NCBI GenBank assembly: GCA_050575255.1
Contig: JBNZDD010013626.1
Location: 3,113,230 to 3,177,229, forward strand
DNA from: Harriotta raleighana
Lineage: Eukaryota
DNA: 64,000 nt
Reading direction: 5' to 3'
Below, piece by piece: positions 1-12,388 of this stretch. Position 1 is the stretch's first letter, and every line of letters begins with the position of its first letter. Below the pieces are notes generated by a model. It did not search any database. It saw only the letters and a list, made by a program, of their open reading frames with translations, and was not told the origin of the DNA. A program made the position numbers and the translations under genes.

Positions 1-205
1 CTAACAGTCATTAACAGTAAGTGTTCACGATCCTGTGTGAAGGGGTGCAAGTTGTTGGTGATGGTCTTTAAGGGGGGGGGTGAAGGGGAGAAGTATAATT
101 TATTTTAAACGAAAAGTGCATGTTTAAGAACCATTTTCTAGTCAGCAGGCGAAAACTCATCACTGTGTTATAAAGAGTATCCGAACCAAGCCTAGGACTC
201 CCCAT

Positions 206-307
206 GGACTCCTGTAGCTCAGTGGTTGGGAGCACTCGCCCTGCAAGCCAGATACTTGGGTGCATCTCCCGGCCAGGGACGACACCTCGGGCAAGTTTCC
301 TTACTCC
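206..307 (+). mobile_element. tRNA-derived SINE, 5' head, cut by an N gap
   Basis: ggactcctgtagctcagtggttgggagcactcgcc...gggcaagtttccttactcc matches the other copies. Confidence 0.85.
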
Positions 308-1689
308 NNNNNNNNNNNNNNNNNNNNNNNNNNNNNNNNNNNNNNNNNNNNNNNNNNNNNNNNNNNNNNNNNNNNNNNNNNNNNNNNNNNNNNNNNNNNN
401 NNNNNNNNNNNNNNNNNNNNNNNNNNNNNNNNNNNNNNNNNNNNNNNNNNNNNNNNNNNNNNNNNNNNNNNNNNNNNNNNNNNNNNNNNNNNNNNNNNNN
501 NNNNNNNNNNNNNNNNNNNNNNNNNNNNNNNNNNNNNNNNNNNNNNNNNNNNNNNNNNNNNNNNNNNNNNNNNNNNNNNNNNNNNNNNNNNNNNNNNNNN
601 NNNNNNNNNNNNNNNNNNNNNNNNNNNNNNNNNNNNNNNNNNNNNNNNNNNNNNNNNNNNNNNNNNNNNNNNNNNNNNNNNNNNNNNNNNNNNNNNNNNN
701 NNNNNNNNNNNNNNNNNNNNNNNNNNNNNNNNNNNNNNNNNNGTGTTTCAAAAGGGAGGAAAATAATAAAGTTGTACATACACCTGCTGGGGAGATGGAG
801 GGGAGGATAGAGAAACTCAGAAGAGTTTTACAATCCTAATTGTAGGTGTTCAAGCCAGTTTATACAATAGTAATAATCCTTGCATTTGATATGGCGCCTG
901 ATCATCTCTTCGAAAGCACTTTATACAGTAAAGTGCAGTGACTGTGTGTTTCGTGAGAGAAACGCGGCAGCCAATCATTTTTTTAAAAAAAAATACATTT
1001 CCTTGTGTGTCGGATTCCAATTGCCGAAATTGCCCATAATTTAATGTTAATTCGCACCAAGGTGTCAGTGTTATTCACAGGGATCACAGCAGTGAGTGAG
1101 TGGCTGACGTGCAGAGTGAGAACGAAAGCCACACAGGTGCTGCAGGGGTGATCGGCGAAGGTCAGGCTTGTTGAACCAGAGAAGAAGAAGAAGCTTCATT
1201 TGGAATCTGAGCCAGGCACCTGCCCTTCATTGCTTAACGCTGCCATTGTGATCACAATGTGGGAAAAGTACCATCTCCCCACACCAGCCTGCCAGGTTCC
1301 TATCAGATTCTCAATCAAAATGCGTTGTGGATCCCGGCGGGCGAAACTGTCTCTGCTTCCAGACGCCGTTCCCTCCATTCTCTGGAGCTCTCGCCCTAAA
1401 TCCTAACACCTCGCACCCTCCTTTCAAAACCCTTCTGAAAAACTATTGCTTTCAGCCCTCATACCCTCCTCCCATCTCCCACCCTACTCTGCTCAAACTC
1501 CCACTCCACTTCTGGTTCTGTTACCTGAAAGGTGATTAATCAAAGCTGGTTTCGTTGTTGATGCTGGTAGGAGTTTGGGTCGAGAGAAAAGTGAAATCAA
1601 GTAAAATAAATACTGAGGCGGGTGTCAATCTGGCTCAGTTGGTAGTACTGTTGACTCCTCGAAAGATTTTTTAAAAAAGTGTTACTTGG

Positions 1690-1937
1690 AAGCTTCAAGA
1701 CCTGCCTCAAGACCCTCCTATTCAATAGTCACCCCAAATCCCCTCCTCTCCCTCCAGCCTCCCCGATCCCAACCCTACCTCGGGTCTTAAACATTGACTG
1801 TTTGATCCCTAGCGCCCCCCCCCCCTCCCCCCCCCCACCCCCGCTCTGATCCCTACTTGACTTACTTGACTGTACAGCTCCTTAGGATGTCCTCCCGATG
1901 TGAAGGGCGCTATACAAATGTGATTTTGTTGTTGTTT
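1690..1937 (+). mobile_element. L2-clade LINE 3' end (redundant copy at about 7380-7616)
   Basis: FKTCLKTLLF-type ORF2 end, C-rich 3' UTR, stem-loop tail and (TTG)n. Confidence 0.75.
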
Positions 1938-3975
1938 GCTAGTTCAAGCCGCATGTCAGAACTTATAGCTCACAGTCTACGCTTGATACTTGAAGCTCAT
2001 TGCTGCATTGTCAAAATATGCCATCCTGTGAATGAGATGTTAAACTGCCATTCATCTATTTATAGAATCAAAAGCTTTATTTGAAAAGAGAAGGGATTTT
2101 TAAAAAAAATACTCATTCACTTCATATCTATTTGTGGGACATTGCTGTGAGAAAGTTAGCTTCTACAAATGAACACTGAAATAAGTCAGCACAATTTACA
2201 GTTAGAAACATTTGTTGAAACACTTTGAGATGTTTCAAGCTGTTATATCAAATACATATGCTAGATCCCATATCAGAATGATCTCTATTTAATGGAAGCC
2301 AAAGCACACAAACAACAGAAAATTGGGCAAAGGAATGTAAGAGATGTCAGGCTTGAAAAACACCAAAGTTAATCTCTCCAGCGCATTGACCCTCTCCATC
2401 TTGGCATCAATGTGTATTTTTGACACAGAGCCTAAATTGCAGAGTTGCACAGTAAAAGTGCAACAAGCTCCTCCCTGTTTCCCAGTAAATTGATGCCAAT
2501 GGAAACTGTCTGGAGTTTGCGTTCCGTTTCACATCAAGTTTCTAATCAAAATAAGGCCCCTCGAAGGCCCCTCCAACATCGAAATATCTCCAGGCCCTTC
2601 ACGATAATTATTATTGCCGATAATTATTACTGCTGATAATTACTACTACTGCTAGTGACTGTATATTTTGTAGGCGGACATGGCAGCCAATTCGACCACG
2701 TCCCACAAGCTGCCCGAAGGTGAATGACCATCTATCTGGTGGATTGTTGGTTCAGGTCATCGGGGGAAAGCTCCATCTTTTTTTCACAATGTAGAAATAA
2801 GTACAGCATGTGAGACTCTGTGCAATATGGATGCATGACTGCTGTGTGTAAAAATCGCTTGGCATATTTGCCTGCCGACACTTGCCTTGTCAGCACTTTA
2901 ATCCTATTGGGGCTATCTCAAATGCAAGGAATATTTTTAAAAATAACTATTTCAAATGCATCAAACTTCGGGGGAGTTTAGAGCAAATTCTAAATCCGAC
3001 AATTATACATAACTATATCTCACAACAATTTAATTGAGTTATCTCGTCTACTGTCTGTTAATTATCCATCATTAGCAATCTTACCCAGTCTATACTTTGT
3101 AGCCAACAGATCATACAATTAAAATCCCTTTATCTAAACTCTTTTGTTTATACCTGTCTCTCTGGCAAGATTTACAACACGGATTTACAGTAACAATCCC
3201 CAAGTCCCAGGACAGTGACAGGCCTTCTTCCCAACAACCACTTGGCTATCAATCACATCGAATCCTGCATCTCGCTCCTTTCCAGCCACCATCCATCAGC
3301 AAGAGATTCCGCCTAGGCCATCCTCTCTTTGAACCTCGAAGAGGAGAAAAATAATAGAACAGTGCATTTTCCCCCCCCTATTTAGGTTATCATACGAAAT
3401 ATGCACATAATCACCGGTTAACCTCCCAATGTGCCCCCAGCGACCTCTTCCCCGCTGTGACAACCGATGCATTTCACAGGACAGTGGCTCTCAGCTCACA
3501 GTGTGGTTCTGTTGTAAGCCCCATTATCTCTCAGCAAAGAAACATGCCCAGTTATTCATCCTTGCAATTCCACATTCTGTTCTTTTGTCCCAGGCTTCTG
3601 TTCTCCGCACTGCGAACCTGCTCGTAACTTTTTGACCTCCTGTTCCAACTCCTCCCGAGGGTGTTGTTAGCTCGCTTCGCAATGGGGAGGAAGAGTACCC
3701 TTTGTTCTTTTTCCATGGAGTGAAGTCAGCAGAAGTGTTTCAAGTGGGCGGAATGTTTTTTTCCACACACCGTGTGCGATGCGCGTGTGTCTTTCTGATG
3801 TGTCGTGACAACTTTTTTTGTGGGAAGGTTAGGGTTAGGGTGGTCTTTTGATCCTGTTCCCTAAATGGCTTAAGAATCTTCGGAGGTAAAATTCAACCCT
3901 AAACCTTTCCATAAATCTTCCAAAAAATTGAATAATCGTTTCGTCCTATATGTAATATTGACCAAAGGTATATGA

Positions 3976-4150
3976 CATGTTAAACCGAGGGCCCGTCTGC
4001 CTGTTTAGGTGGACTTTAGAAATCCGATGACTGTTCAAAAAAGACAAGGAAGTCTCTCCTGGTAACGTAGCCAGCAATCCCCCAGATAAAATTGGTCACT
4101 CACTCCATGGCTATTTGTGGGACATTGCTGTGGGTAAAATTGTCTACTGC
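3976..4150 (+). mobile_element. Deu-domain-like SINE remnant (redundant copy at about 9668-9843)
   Basis: gttaaaccgagggcccgtctgcctgtttaggtggac...ttgtgggacattgctgtg resembles the AmnSINE1/SacSINE1 Deu core as recalled. Confidence 0.7.
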
Positions 4151-4176
4151 AATATTATACTATATACTGTACAATG

Positions 4177-4462
4177 GAGTCCTGTAGCTCACTGGTTAGA
4201 GCATTCACCTTAGAAGTCAGATACCTGAGTTCGATTCCCATTAGGAATCAGCAAGTTTCCTTACTCCACATGCCCATAATCCCTAAAAAAAAACTTTTAA
4301 AAATTGGTCACTTGAATCCATGACTGCTTGTGGAACACTGCAATTGGCTGTCTTATTTCATCCATATATACAGTCAATTCACTTTACAGTACATTCTGTG
4401 AAGCGCTTTGAGATGTCTAGAAGACTTGAAAAGCGCTATATCAAATGCAAGGATTGTTATTT
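4177..4462 (+). mobile_element. tRNA-derived SINE, full length (redundant copy at about 9869-10154)
   Basis: A box tagctcactgg, B box gttcgattcc, family body, tail aagcgctatatcaaatgcaaggattgttatt. Confidence 0.9.
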
Positions 4463-5767
4463 TATATAATGTGAAGTGCTTTAAGACATCTGAACAACAT
4501 GATAAAACTCTATATCAAATGCAAGGACTATTATAACTCTTATTCTTATCCAACGGGGGATATGAAACGGCCCGGCATTTACAACAACAACAAAATTACA
4601 TTTCTAGAGTGCCTTTCACGTCGGGAGGACGTCTCAAGGCACTGAATTAAACAACAGATAGAGCGACCGAGCAACATTCTCCCCCAAATCGACCCCTTTC
4701 TCTCTCTCTCTCTCTCTCTCTCCAAGTACATCCGAATANTCAAGGTGCTGAATTAAACAGCAGATAGAGCGACCGAGCAACATTCTCCCCCAAATCGACC
4801 CCTTTCTCTCTCTCTCTCTCTCTCTCTCTCNNNNNNNNNNNNNNNNNNNNNNNNNNNNNNNNNNNNNNNNNNNNNNNNNNNNNNNNNNTTCCCCCCCAAT
4901 AAATATACAGGCAATTCACTTTACAGTATGTTCTCTATATCAAATGCAAGGATTATTATTATTATCATTATTATTATTTTTAAATAATTTTTCCAAGCCT
5001 CATTTTCCAAGTCTTATTATCTCACCTACACATGGGAATCCCAGAGATAAGATTATTGGGATGAAATGCTTCCTCACTCCCTCCATCTCCCTCCCACACT
5101 CACTCACTCACTCNCAGAATGACCTTGAGCGCACTTGCTCTGCAGAGGCAAATGCCAACACTGGGGGTCAGTATAAACTGACTATCCACTCCAAGCCAAG
5201 CACAGATACACTGCTATGTTAATTGCCTGTTGCCCACCATGTTTCCACTTGGGAACTTCATTGATGGGTTTCTGTTGCACAATTTTCCATGGACTTTGAG
5301 CAGCGTCGAATCATTCTCAGTGGGCCTAGGGGAGGGGGAGTGGGAAGGAAAATTCCACCCAGATCTACTCTATGAAGATAGCATTGCAAAGACTGATTAA
5401 TTTGGTGAATCGTTAAATTCAGTCTTAACTTTGAAACCCGTTTGTATTTTTCCAATCAAACAAATACGTAAATATTTGTCCCACGCAATTGGAAAAAGAA
5501 GAGAAAGAGCTATTTTGATCTAAAAACATCAAGCAACTGCAAAGTCTTNCTCCCCCACCCCCTCTCTTCCCCTCTCTCTCCCTCTCTCCCTCGCTCTGAG
5601 GCGCCATCAAGAGACACTGACGTCAAAAGGACCAGACACGTGAGGCGCGGCCTAGCATCTTTGGAGCCTGACTCGCGTACTCCCAACCCCCCCCCCCACT
5701 CCCTCCCTCTCCCCCTTTCCCTACATGACACGGCGCCCGCCCCCCCCCCACCCCACGCCCGTCTCAC

Positions 5768-5860
5768 CCGGAATCTTTCGGCGTCTCGTCCGAATCTCTT
5801 GAAGTCGAAGCGGGCTCCCGCTCGCAGCTTAGCGAACAGATCAGCGGCGTCCACCGCCAT
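5768..5860 (-). CDS. DDX52: DEAD-box helicase 52 (ROK1 homolog), first coding exon only
   Basis: Kozak gctgccATGG. Encodes MAVDAADLFAKLRAGARFDFKRFGRDAERFR, resembling the human DDX52 N-terminus as recalled ([29 protein letters not shown]). Phase-0 donor CGG|gtgaga, lies in a CpG island and is syntenic with HNF1B. Confidence 0.9.
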
Positions 5861-5900
5861 GGCAGCCTCCCTCACAGGGGCAGTTGGGCTACTTTTTGAG

Positions 5901-5939
5901 CTACTATTGGGCTACAAGCGGTTTGTAGCCCAATAGTAG
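5901..5939. repeat. Perfect 17-bp inverted repeat with a 5-nt loop
   Basis: ctactattgggctacaa-gcggt-ttgtagcccaatagtag. Confidence 0.97.
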
Positions 5940-8900
5940 ACCCCCCCCAACCCCCCCCTCCATTGCCCGCTCGGAAAAAATAGCCCAATAGTATGCGTTT
6001 GGGCAGCAGAGTGGCCGATTTAGGTTCACAGCTTTTGAAAGCGTGTAAGGAAATGTCTTGAAAACGGAAAAAAAAAAATCAGGTTTAAGTTTATTTTGGA
6101 ATCGTAAAATTATTGGACGATAACAGGAGCGGGGAGAGGTGTGGGGGGGGGAAACCGCCCAATCTGGGCGTGGAAACCGCACAACCCGCCCACGATTGGG
6201 CGGCCTCGGCGTGCGCTGTTACTGCGCCAGGGCGGAGAGTCGAGTGGTGTTGAGAGAGACCCGATGCCGCGTTGCGCAGCGATACATTCGGCAATCATCG
6301 ACCAGGCTGGAATTAAAGAGACACTCCCAGTGAAGGAGGAGGAGAGATGCAAAAATGTTTTTGAAGCAATGGTGTGGGGAGGAAGATATAATAATAATAA
6401 TAATAATCCACAATAATAATAGCACGTCACAAGTGTTTCAAAAGGGAGGAAAATAATAAAGTTGTACATACACCTGCTGGGGAGATGGAGGGGAGGATAG
6501 AGAAACTCAGAAGAGTTTTACAATCCTAATTGTAGGTGTTCAAGCCAGTTTATACAATAGTAATAATCCTTGCATTTGATATGGCGCCTGATCATCTCTT
6601 CGAAAGCACTTTATACAGTAAAGTGCAGTGACTGTGTGTTTCGTGAGAGAAACGCGGCAGCCAATCATTTTTAAAAAAAAAAATACATTTCCTTGTGTGT
6701 CGGATTCCAATTGCCGAAATTGCCCATAATTTAATGTTAATTCGCACCAAGGTGTCAGTGTTATTCACAGGGATCACAGCAGTGAGTGAGTGGCTGACGT
6801 GCAGAGTGAGAACGAAAGCCACACAGGTGCTGCAGGGGTGATCGGCGAAGGTCAGGCTTGTTGAACCAGAGAAGAAGAAGAAGCTTCATTTGGAATCTGA
6901 GCCAGGCACCTGCCCTTCATTGCTTAACGCTGCCACTGTGATCACAATGTGGGAAAAGTACCATCTCCCCACACCAGCCTGCCAGGTTCCTATCAGATTC
7001 TCAATCAAAATGCGTTGTGGATCCCGGCGGGCGAAACTGTCTCTGCTTCCAGACGCCGTTCCCTCCATTCTCGAGCTCTCGCCCTAAATCCTAACACCTC
7101 GCACCCTCCTTTCAAAACCCTTCTGAAAAACTATTGCTTTCAGCCCTCATACCCTCCTCCCATCTCCCACCCTACTCTGCTCAAACTCCCACTCCACTTC
7201 TGGTTCTGTTACCTGAAAGGTGATTAATCAAAGCTGGTTTCGTTGTTGATGCTGGTAGGAGTTTGGGTCGAGAGAAAAGTGAAATCAAGTAAAATAAATA
7301 CTGAGGCGGGTGTCAATCTGGCTCAGTTGGTAGTACTGTTGAATCCTCGAAAGATTTTAAAAAAAAGTGTTACTTGGAAGCTTCAAGACCTGCCTCAAGA
7401 TCCTCCTATTCAATAGTCACCCCAAATCCCCTCCTCTCCCTCCAGCCTCCCCGATCCCAACCCTAGCTCGGGTCTTAAACATTGACTGTTTGATCCCTAG
7501 CGCCCCCCCCCTCCCCCCCCCCCACCTCCGCTCTGATCCCTACTTGACTGTACAGCTCCTTAGGATGTCCTCCCGATGTGAAGGGCGCTATACAAATGTG
7601 ATTTTGTTGTTGTTTGCTAGTTCAAGCCGCATGTCAGAACTTATAGCTCACAGTCTACACTTGATACTTGAAGCTCATTGCTGCATTGTCAAAATATGCC
7701 ATCCTGTGAATGAGATGTTAAACTGCCATTCATCTATTTATAGAATCAAAAGCTTTATTTGAAAAGAGAAGGGATTTTTTCCTGCAAGATTTTTTAAAAA
7801 AATACTCATTCACTTCATATCTATTTGTGGGACATTGCTGTGAGAAAGTTAGCTTCTACCAATGAACACTGAAATATGTCAGCACAATTTACAGTTAGAA
7901 ACATTTGTTGAAACACTTTGAGATGTTTCAAGGTGTTATATCAAATACATATGCTAGATCCCATATCAGAATGATCTCTATTTAATGGAAGCCAAAGCAC
8001 ACAAACAACAGAAAATTGGGCAAAGGAATGTAAGAGATGTCAGGCTTGAAAAACACCAAAGTTAATCTCTCCAGCGCATTGACCCTCTCCATCTTGGCAT
8101 CAATGTGTATTTTTGACACAGAGCCTAAATTGCAGAGTTGCACAGTAAAAGTGCAACAAGCTCCTCCCTGTTTCCCAGTAAATTGATGCCAATGGAAACT
8201 GTCTGGAGTTTGCGTTCCGTTTCACATCAAGTTTCTAATCAAAATAAGGCCCCTCGAAGGCCCCTCCAACATCGAAATATCTCCAGGCCCTTCACAATAA
8301 TTATTATTACCGATAATTATTACTGCTGATAATTACTACTACTGCTAGTGACTGTATATTTTGTAGGCGGACATGGCAGCCAATTCGACCACGTCCCACA
8401 AGCTGCCCGAAGGTGAATGACCATCTATCTGGTGGATTGTTGGTTCAGGTCATCGGGGGAAAGCTCCATCTTTTTTTCACAATGTAGAAATAAGTACAGC
8501 ATGTGAGACTCTGTGCAATATGGATGCATGACTGCTGTGTGTAAAAATCGCTTGGCATATTTGCCTGCCGACACTTGCCTTGTCAGCACTTTAATCCTAT
8601 TGGGGCTATCTCAAATGCAAGGAATATTTTTAAAAATAACTATTTCAAATGCATCAAACTTCGGGGGAGTTTAGAGCAAATTCTAAATCCGACAATTATA
8701 CATAACTATATCTCACAACAATTTAATTGAGTTATCTCGTCTACTGTCTGTTAATTATCCATCATTAGCAATCTTACCCAGTCTATACTTTGTAGCCAAC
8801 AGATCATACAATTAAAATCCCTTTATCTAAACTCTTTTGTTTATACCTGTCTCTCTGGCAAGATTTACAACACGGATTTACAGTAACAATCCCCAAGTCC

Positions 8901-11741
8901 CAGGACAGTGACAGGCCTTCTTCCCAACAACCACTTGGCTATCAATCACATCGAATCCTGCATCTCGCTCCTTTCCAGCCACCATCCATCAGCAAGAGAT
9001 TCCGCCTAGGCCATCCTCTCTTTGAACCTCGAAGAGGAGAAAAATAATAGAACAGTGCATTTTCCCCCCCCTATTTAGGTTATCATACGAAATATGCACA
9101 TAATCACCGGTTAACCTCCCAATGTGCCCCCAGCGACCTCTTCCCCGCTGTGACAACCGATGCATTTCACAGGACAGTGGCTCTCAGCTCACAGTGTGGT
9201 TCTGTTGTAAGCCCCATTATCTCTCAGCAAAGAAACATGCCCAGTTATTCATCCTTGCAATTCCACATTCTGTTCTTTTGTCCCAGGCTTCTGTTCTCCG
9301 CACTGCGAACCTGCTCGTAACTTTTTGACCTCCTGTTCCAACTCCTCCCGAGGGTGTTGTTAGCTCGCTTCGCAATGGGGAGGAAGAGTACCCTTTGTTC
9401 TTTTTCCATGGAGTGAAGTCAGCAGAAGTGTTTCAAGTGGGCGGAATGTTTTTTTCCACACACCGTGTGCGATGCGCGTGTGTCTTTCTGATGTGTCGTG
9501 ACAACTTTTTTTGTGGGAAGGTTAGGGTTAGGGTGGTCTTTTGATCCTGTTCCCTAAATGGCTTAAGAATCTTCGGAGGTAAAATTCAACCCTAAACCTT
9601 TCCATAAATCTTCCAAAAAATTGAATAATCGTTTCGTCCTATATGTAATATTGACCAAAGGTATATGACATGTTAAACCGAGGGCCCGTCTGCCTGTTTA
9701 GGTGGACTTTAGAAATCCGATGACTGTTCAAAAAAGACAAGGAAGTCTCTCCTGGTAACGTAGCCAGCAATCCCCCAGATAAAATTGGTCACTCACTCCA
9801 TGGCTATTTGTGGGACATTGCTGTGGGTAAAATTGTCTACTGCAATATTATACTATATACTGTACAATGGAGTCCTGTAGCTCACTGGTTAGAGCATTCA
9901 CCTTAGAAGTCAGATACCTGAGTTCGATTCCCATTAGGAATCAGCAAGTTTCCTTACTCCACATGCCCATAATCCCTAAAAAAAAACTTTTAAAAATTGG
10001 TCACTTGAATCCATGACTGCTTGTGGAACACTGCAATTGGCTGTCTTATTTCATCCATATATACAGTCAATTCACTTTACAGTACATTCTGTGAAGCGCT
10101 TTGAGATGTCTAGAAGACTTGAAAAGCGCTATATCAAATGCAAGGATTGTTATTTTATATAATGTGAAGTGCTTTAAGACATCTGAACAACATGATAAAA
10201 CTCTATATCAAATGCAAGGACTATTATAACTCTTATTCTTATCCAACGGGGGATATGAAACGGCCCGGCATTTACAACAACAACAAAATTACATTTCTAG
10301 AGTGCCTTTCACGTCGGGAGGACGTCTCAAGGCACTGAATTAAACAACAGATAGAGCGACCGAGCAACATTCTCCCCCAAATCGACCCCTTTCTCTCTCT
10401 CTCTCTCTCTCTCTCCAAGTACATCCGAATACAAAATCTACAGAATGACCTTGAGCGCACTTGCTCTGCAGAGGCAAATGCCAACACTGGGGGTCAGTAT
10501 AAACTGACTATCCACTCCAAGCCAAGCACAGATACACTGCTATGTTAATTGCCTGTTGCCCACCATGTTTCCACTTGGGAACTTCATTGATGGGTTTCTG
10601 TTGCACAATTTTCCATGGACTTTGAGCAGCGTCGAATCATTCTCAGTGGGCCTAGGGGAGGGGGAGTGGGAAGGAAAATTCCACCCAGATCTACTCTATG
10701 AAGATAGCATTGCAAAGACTGATTAATTTGGTGAATCGTTAAATTCAGTCTTAACTTTGAAACCCGTTTGTATTTTTCCAATCAAACAAATACGTAAATA
10801 TTTGTCCCACGCAATTGGAAAAAGAAGAGAAAGAGCTATTTTGATCTAAAAACATCAAGCAACTGCAAAGTCTTGACAACTTCATTTTAATTTCATATTA
10901 CAGTAAACCCTGTGAAAGTCTTTGAATCCTTCTCTTGATGTGAAAGGCGCTGTATCAAATGCATGGATTGAAAAAAAATTAGAATTCTTCTTCTTTTGCT
11001 CACTGAGCTAAGAAAGGGGTTAAAGTTTGGTCCAATTTTTGTTGAGTTGTTTGTTATTTTATAATCTCCCTATTTTGTACCTCTGCTTGACTCTCCCACT
11101 GCCTCAAACAATATAGTACTCTGCCTAGGAGGACAACAACCACAACTTGGATTTATATGATACCCCTCACGCAGTGTAGCGTTCCAAATTCTTGATCGTG
11201 GTAGTGCACGAAGCCAAGCCGGGGGGAATGGGCAGTGATCATAGACATGATGGAATAGGAAAGACTTCAGGCACGACCTGAAAATGGGGAAGAAAAGGGC
11301 AAGGCAGTGGGATCAAGGAAGAGTGCTCCAGAGGTACACAGACAGGTACACTGCTCCATGGCCTCTGCAACATTGCTCTACCTCTGGTCGATGAGAAATG
11401 CTGAAGGTGCCTAATGTAAGCTTGCCTCTGAACAGTCACCTTCGGTTTCTTCGGTGCCTGTGTTACATGGGAGGTGACGGATCCTCCAAAGTACGCAAAA
11501 CTCAGTGGGACAAGAGGTGTGGGGGTAAGTGAACAATTATAGAGATCCATAGATACAGCAACAAGTTGCATTTATATAGCTGACAAAATATGTAGTCAAT
11601 TCACTTTACAGTATATTCTGTGAAGTGCTTTGGGTCGTCTCGAAGACATGGCAAGGTGCTATAGCAAATGCAAGGATTATTATTATTATTATAGCTCCCT
11701 ACATTACTATTATAGCTCCCTACATATGCTATTATAGCATC

Positions 11742-11829
11742 CCTAGACATTACACCCCGTGTAATGGTGTACACGGGGTGTAGGGAGCTACACCCCGTGT
11801 ACACCATTACACGGGATGTAATGTCTAGG
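11742..11829. repeat. Near-perfect inverted repeat with 42-bp arms and a 4-nt loop
   Basis: cctagacattacaccccgtgtaatggtgtacacggggtgtag-ggag-ctacaccccgtgtacaccattacacgggatgtaatgtctagg, one mismatch. Confidence 0.97.
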
Positions 11830-12388
11830 AGCTCTTTACAAAGACTGGGCTGGACGCCAAGCAAACATGGAGGTATGGTCTGAAGGCTCTGCCTCTGATG
11901 GCTTAATTTTAGGGTAAACACTAGGCCATTAGAAGCTTTCACATGATTAATGGCACAAACACATATACATCCATTGCTGACTCTACAGCCAATGCCAGAA
12001 CGCACCAGCACCAGCAAAAGCAATGGCATCTCTGAGTGACCTTTGCCAACCAATGATGTGAATAGGAAGTCGGCTTTTAAATCCAGTTCCCAACCTTTCT
12101 CTCGTAATTTTCCCTATTTAATTTTTTTTTAATCCCCCATTTCTCGCGTGAAGGTATTTAACTCACTTGCCTCCTGTGAGACAAAGGTTCTATGGGCGCT
12201 GAATGCTCACCCATTGGGTGTAACTCGCCAAAGTCTCACAACATAACAATAACAGTAATAATAATCCTTGCATTTGATATCGCACCTGATCACGTCATCG
12301 AGAAGTCTCAAGGCGTTTCACGGAATATGAAGCCAATTGACAGTATATTTTGTAGGTGAAACGTGGCAGTCAATTGCGCACAGCAGTN

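Larger units (their letters stand above)
5550..6310. promoter_or_regulatory. CpG island and DDX52 promoter with multiple CCAAT and GC boxes
   Basis: High CpG density around the DDX52 ATG. CCAAT/ATTGG motifs near 5906, 5930, 5985, 6112, 6159 and 6196; GGGCGG/CCGCCC motifs near 6155-6232. Confidence 0.8.
743..10874 (+). repeat. Direct redundant copies: 743-4738 = 6433-10431, and 5115-5548 = 10441-10874
   Basis: Near-identical sequence with a few SNPs and indels; the first copies are bounded by N gaps or single Ns (742, 4739, 5114, 5549). Confidence 0.95.

Noticed and set aside
68-839. Long ORFs in the provided track (also near 18194-18534 and 32177-32626)
   Set aside because: They are open only because they run through N gaps.
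2590-2660. Short tandem repeat (gataattattactgct-like, three units) as an array or CRISPR-like structure
   Set aside because: A slippage-type minisatellite without unique spacers, in eukaryotic DNA.
3827-3841. (TTAGGG)n-like run (copy at about 9520)
   Set aside because: Only about two units; too short to call an interstitial telomeric repeat.
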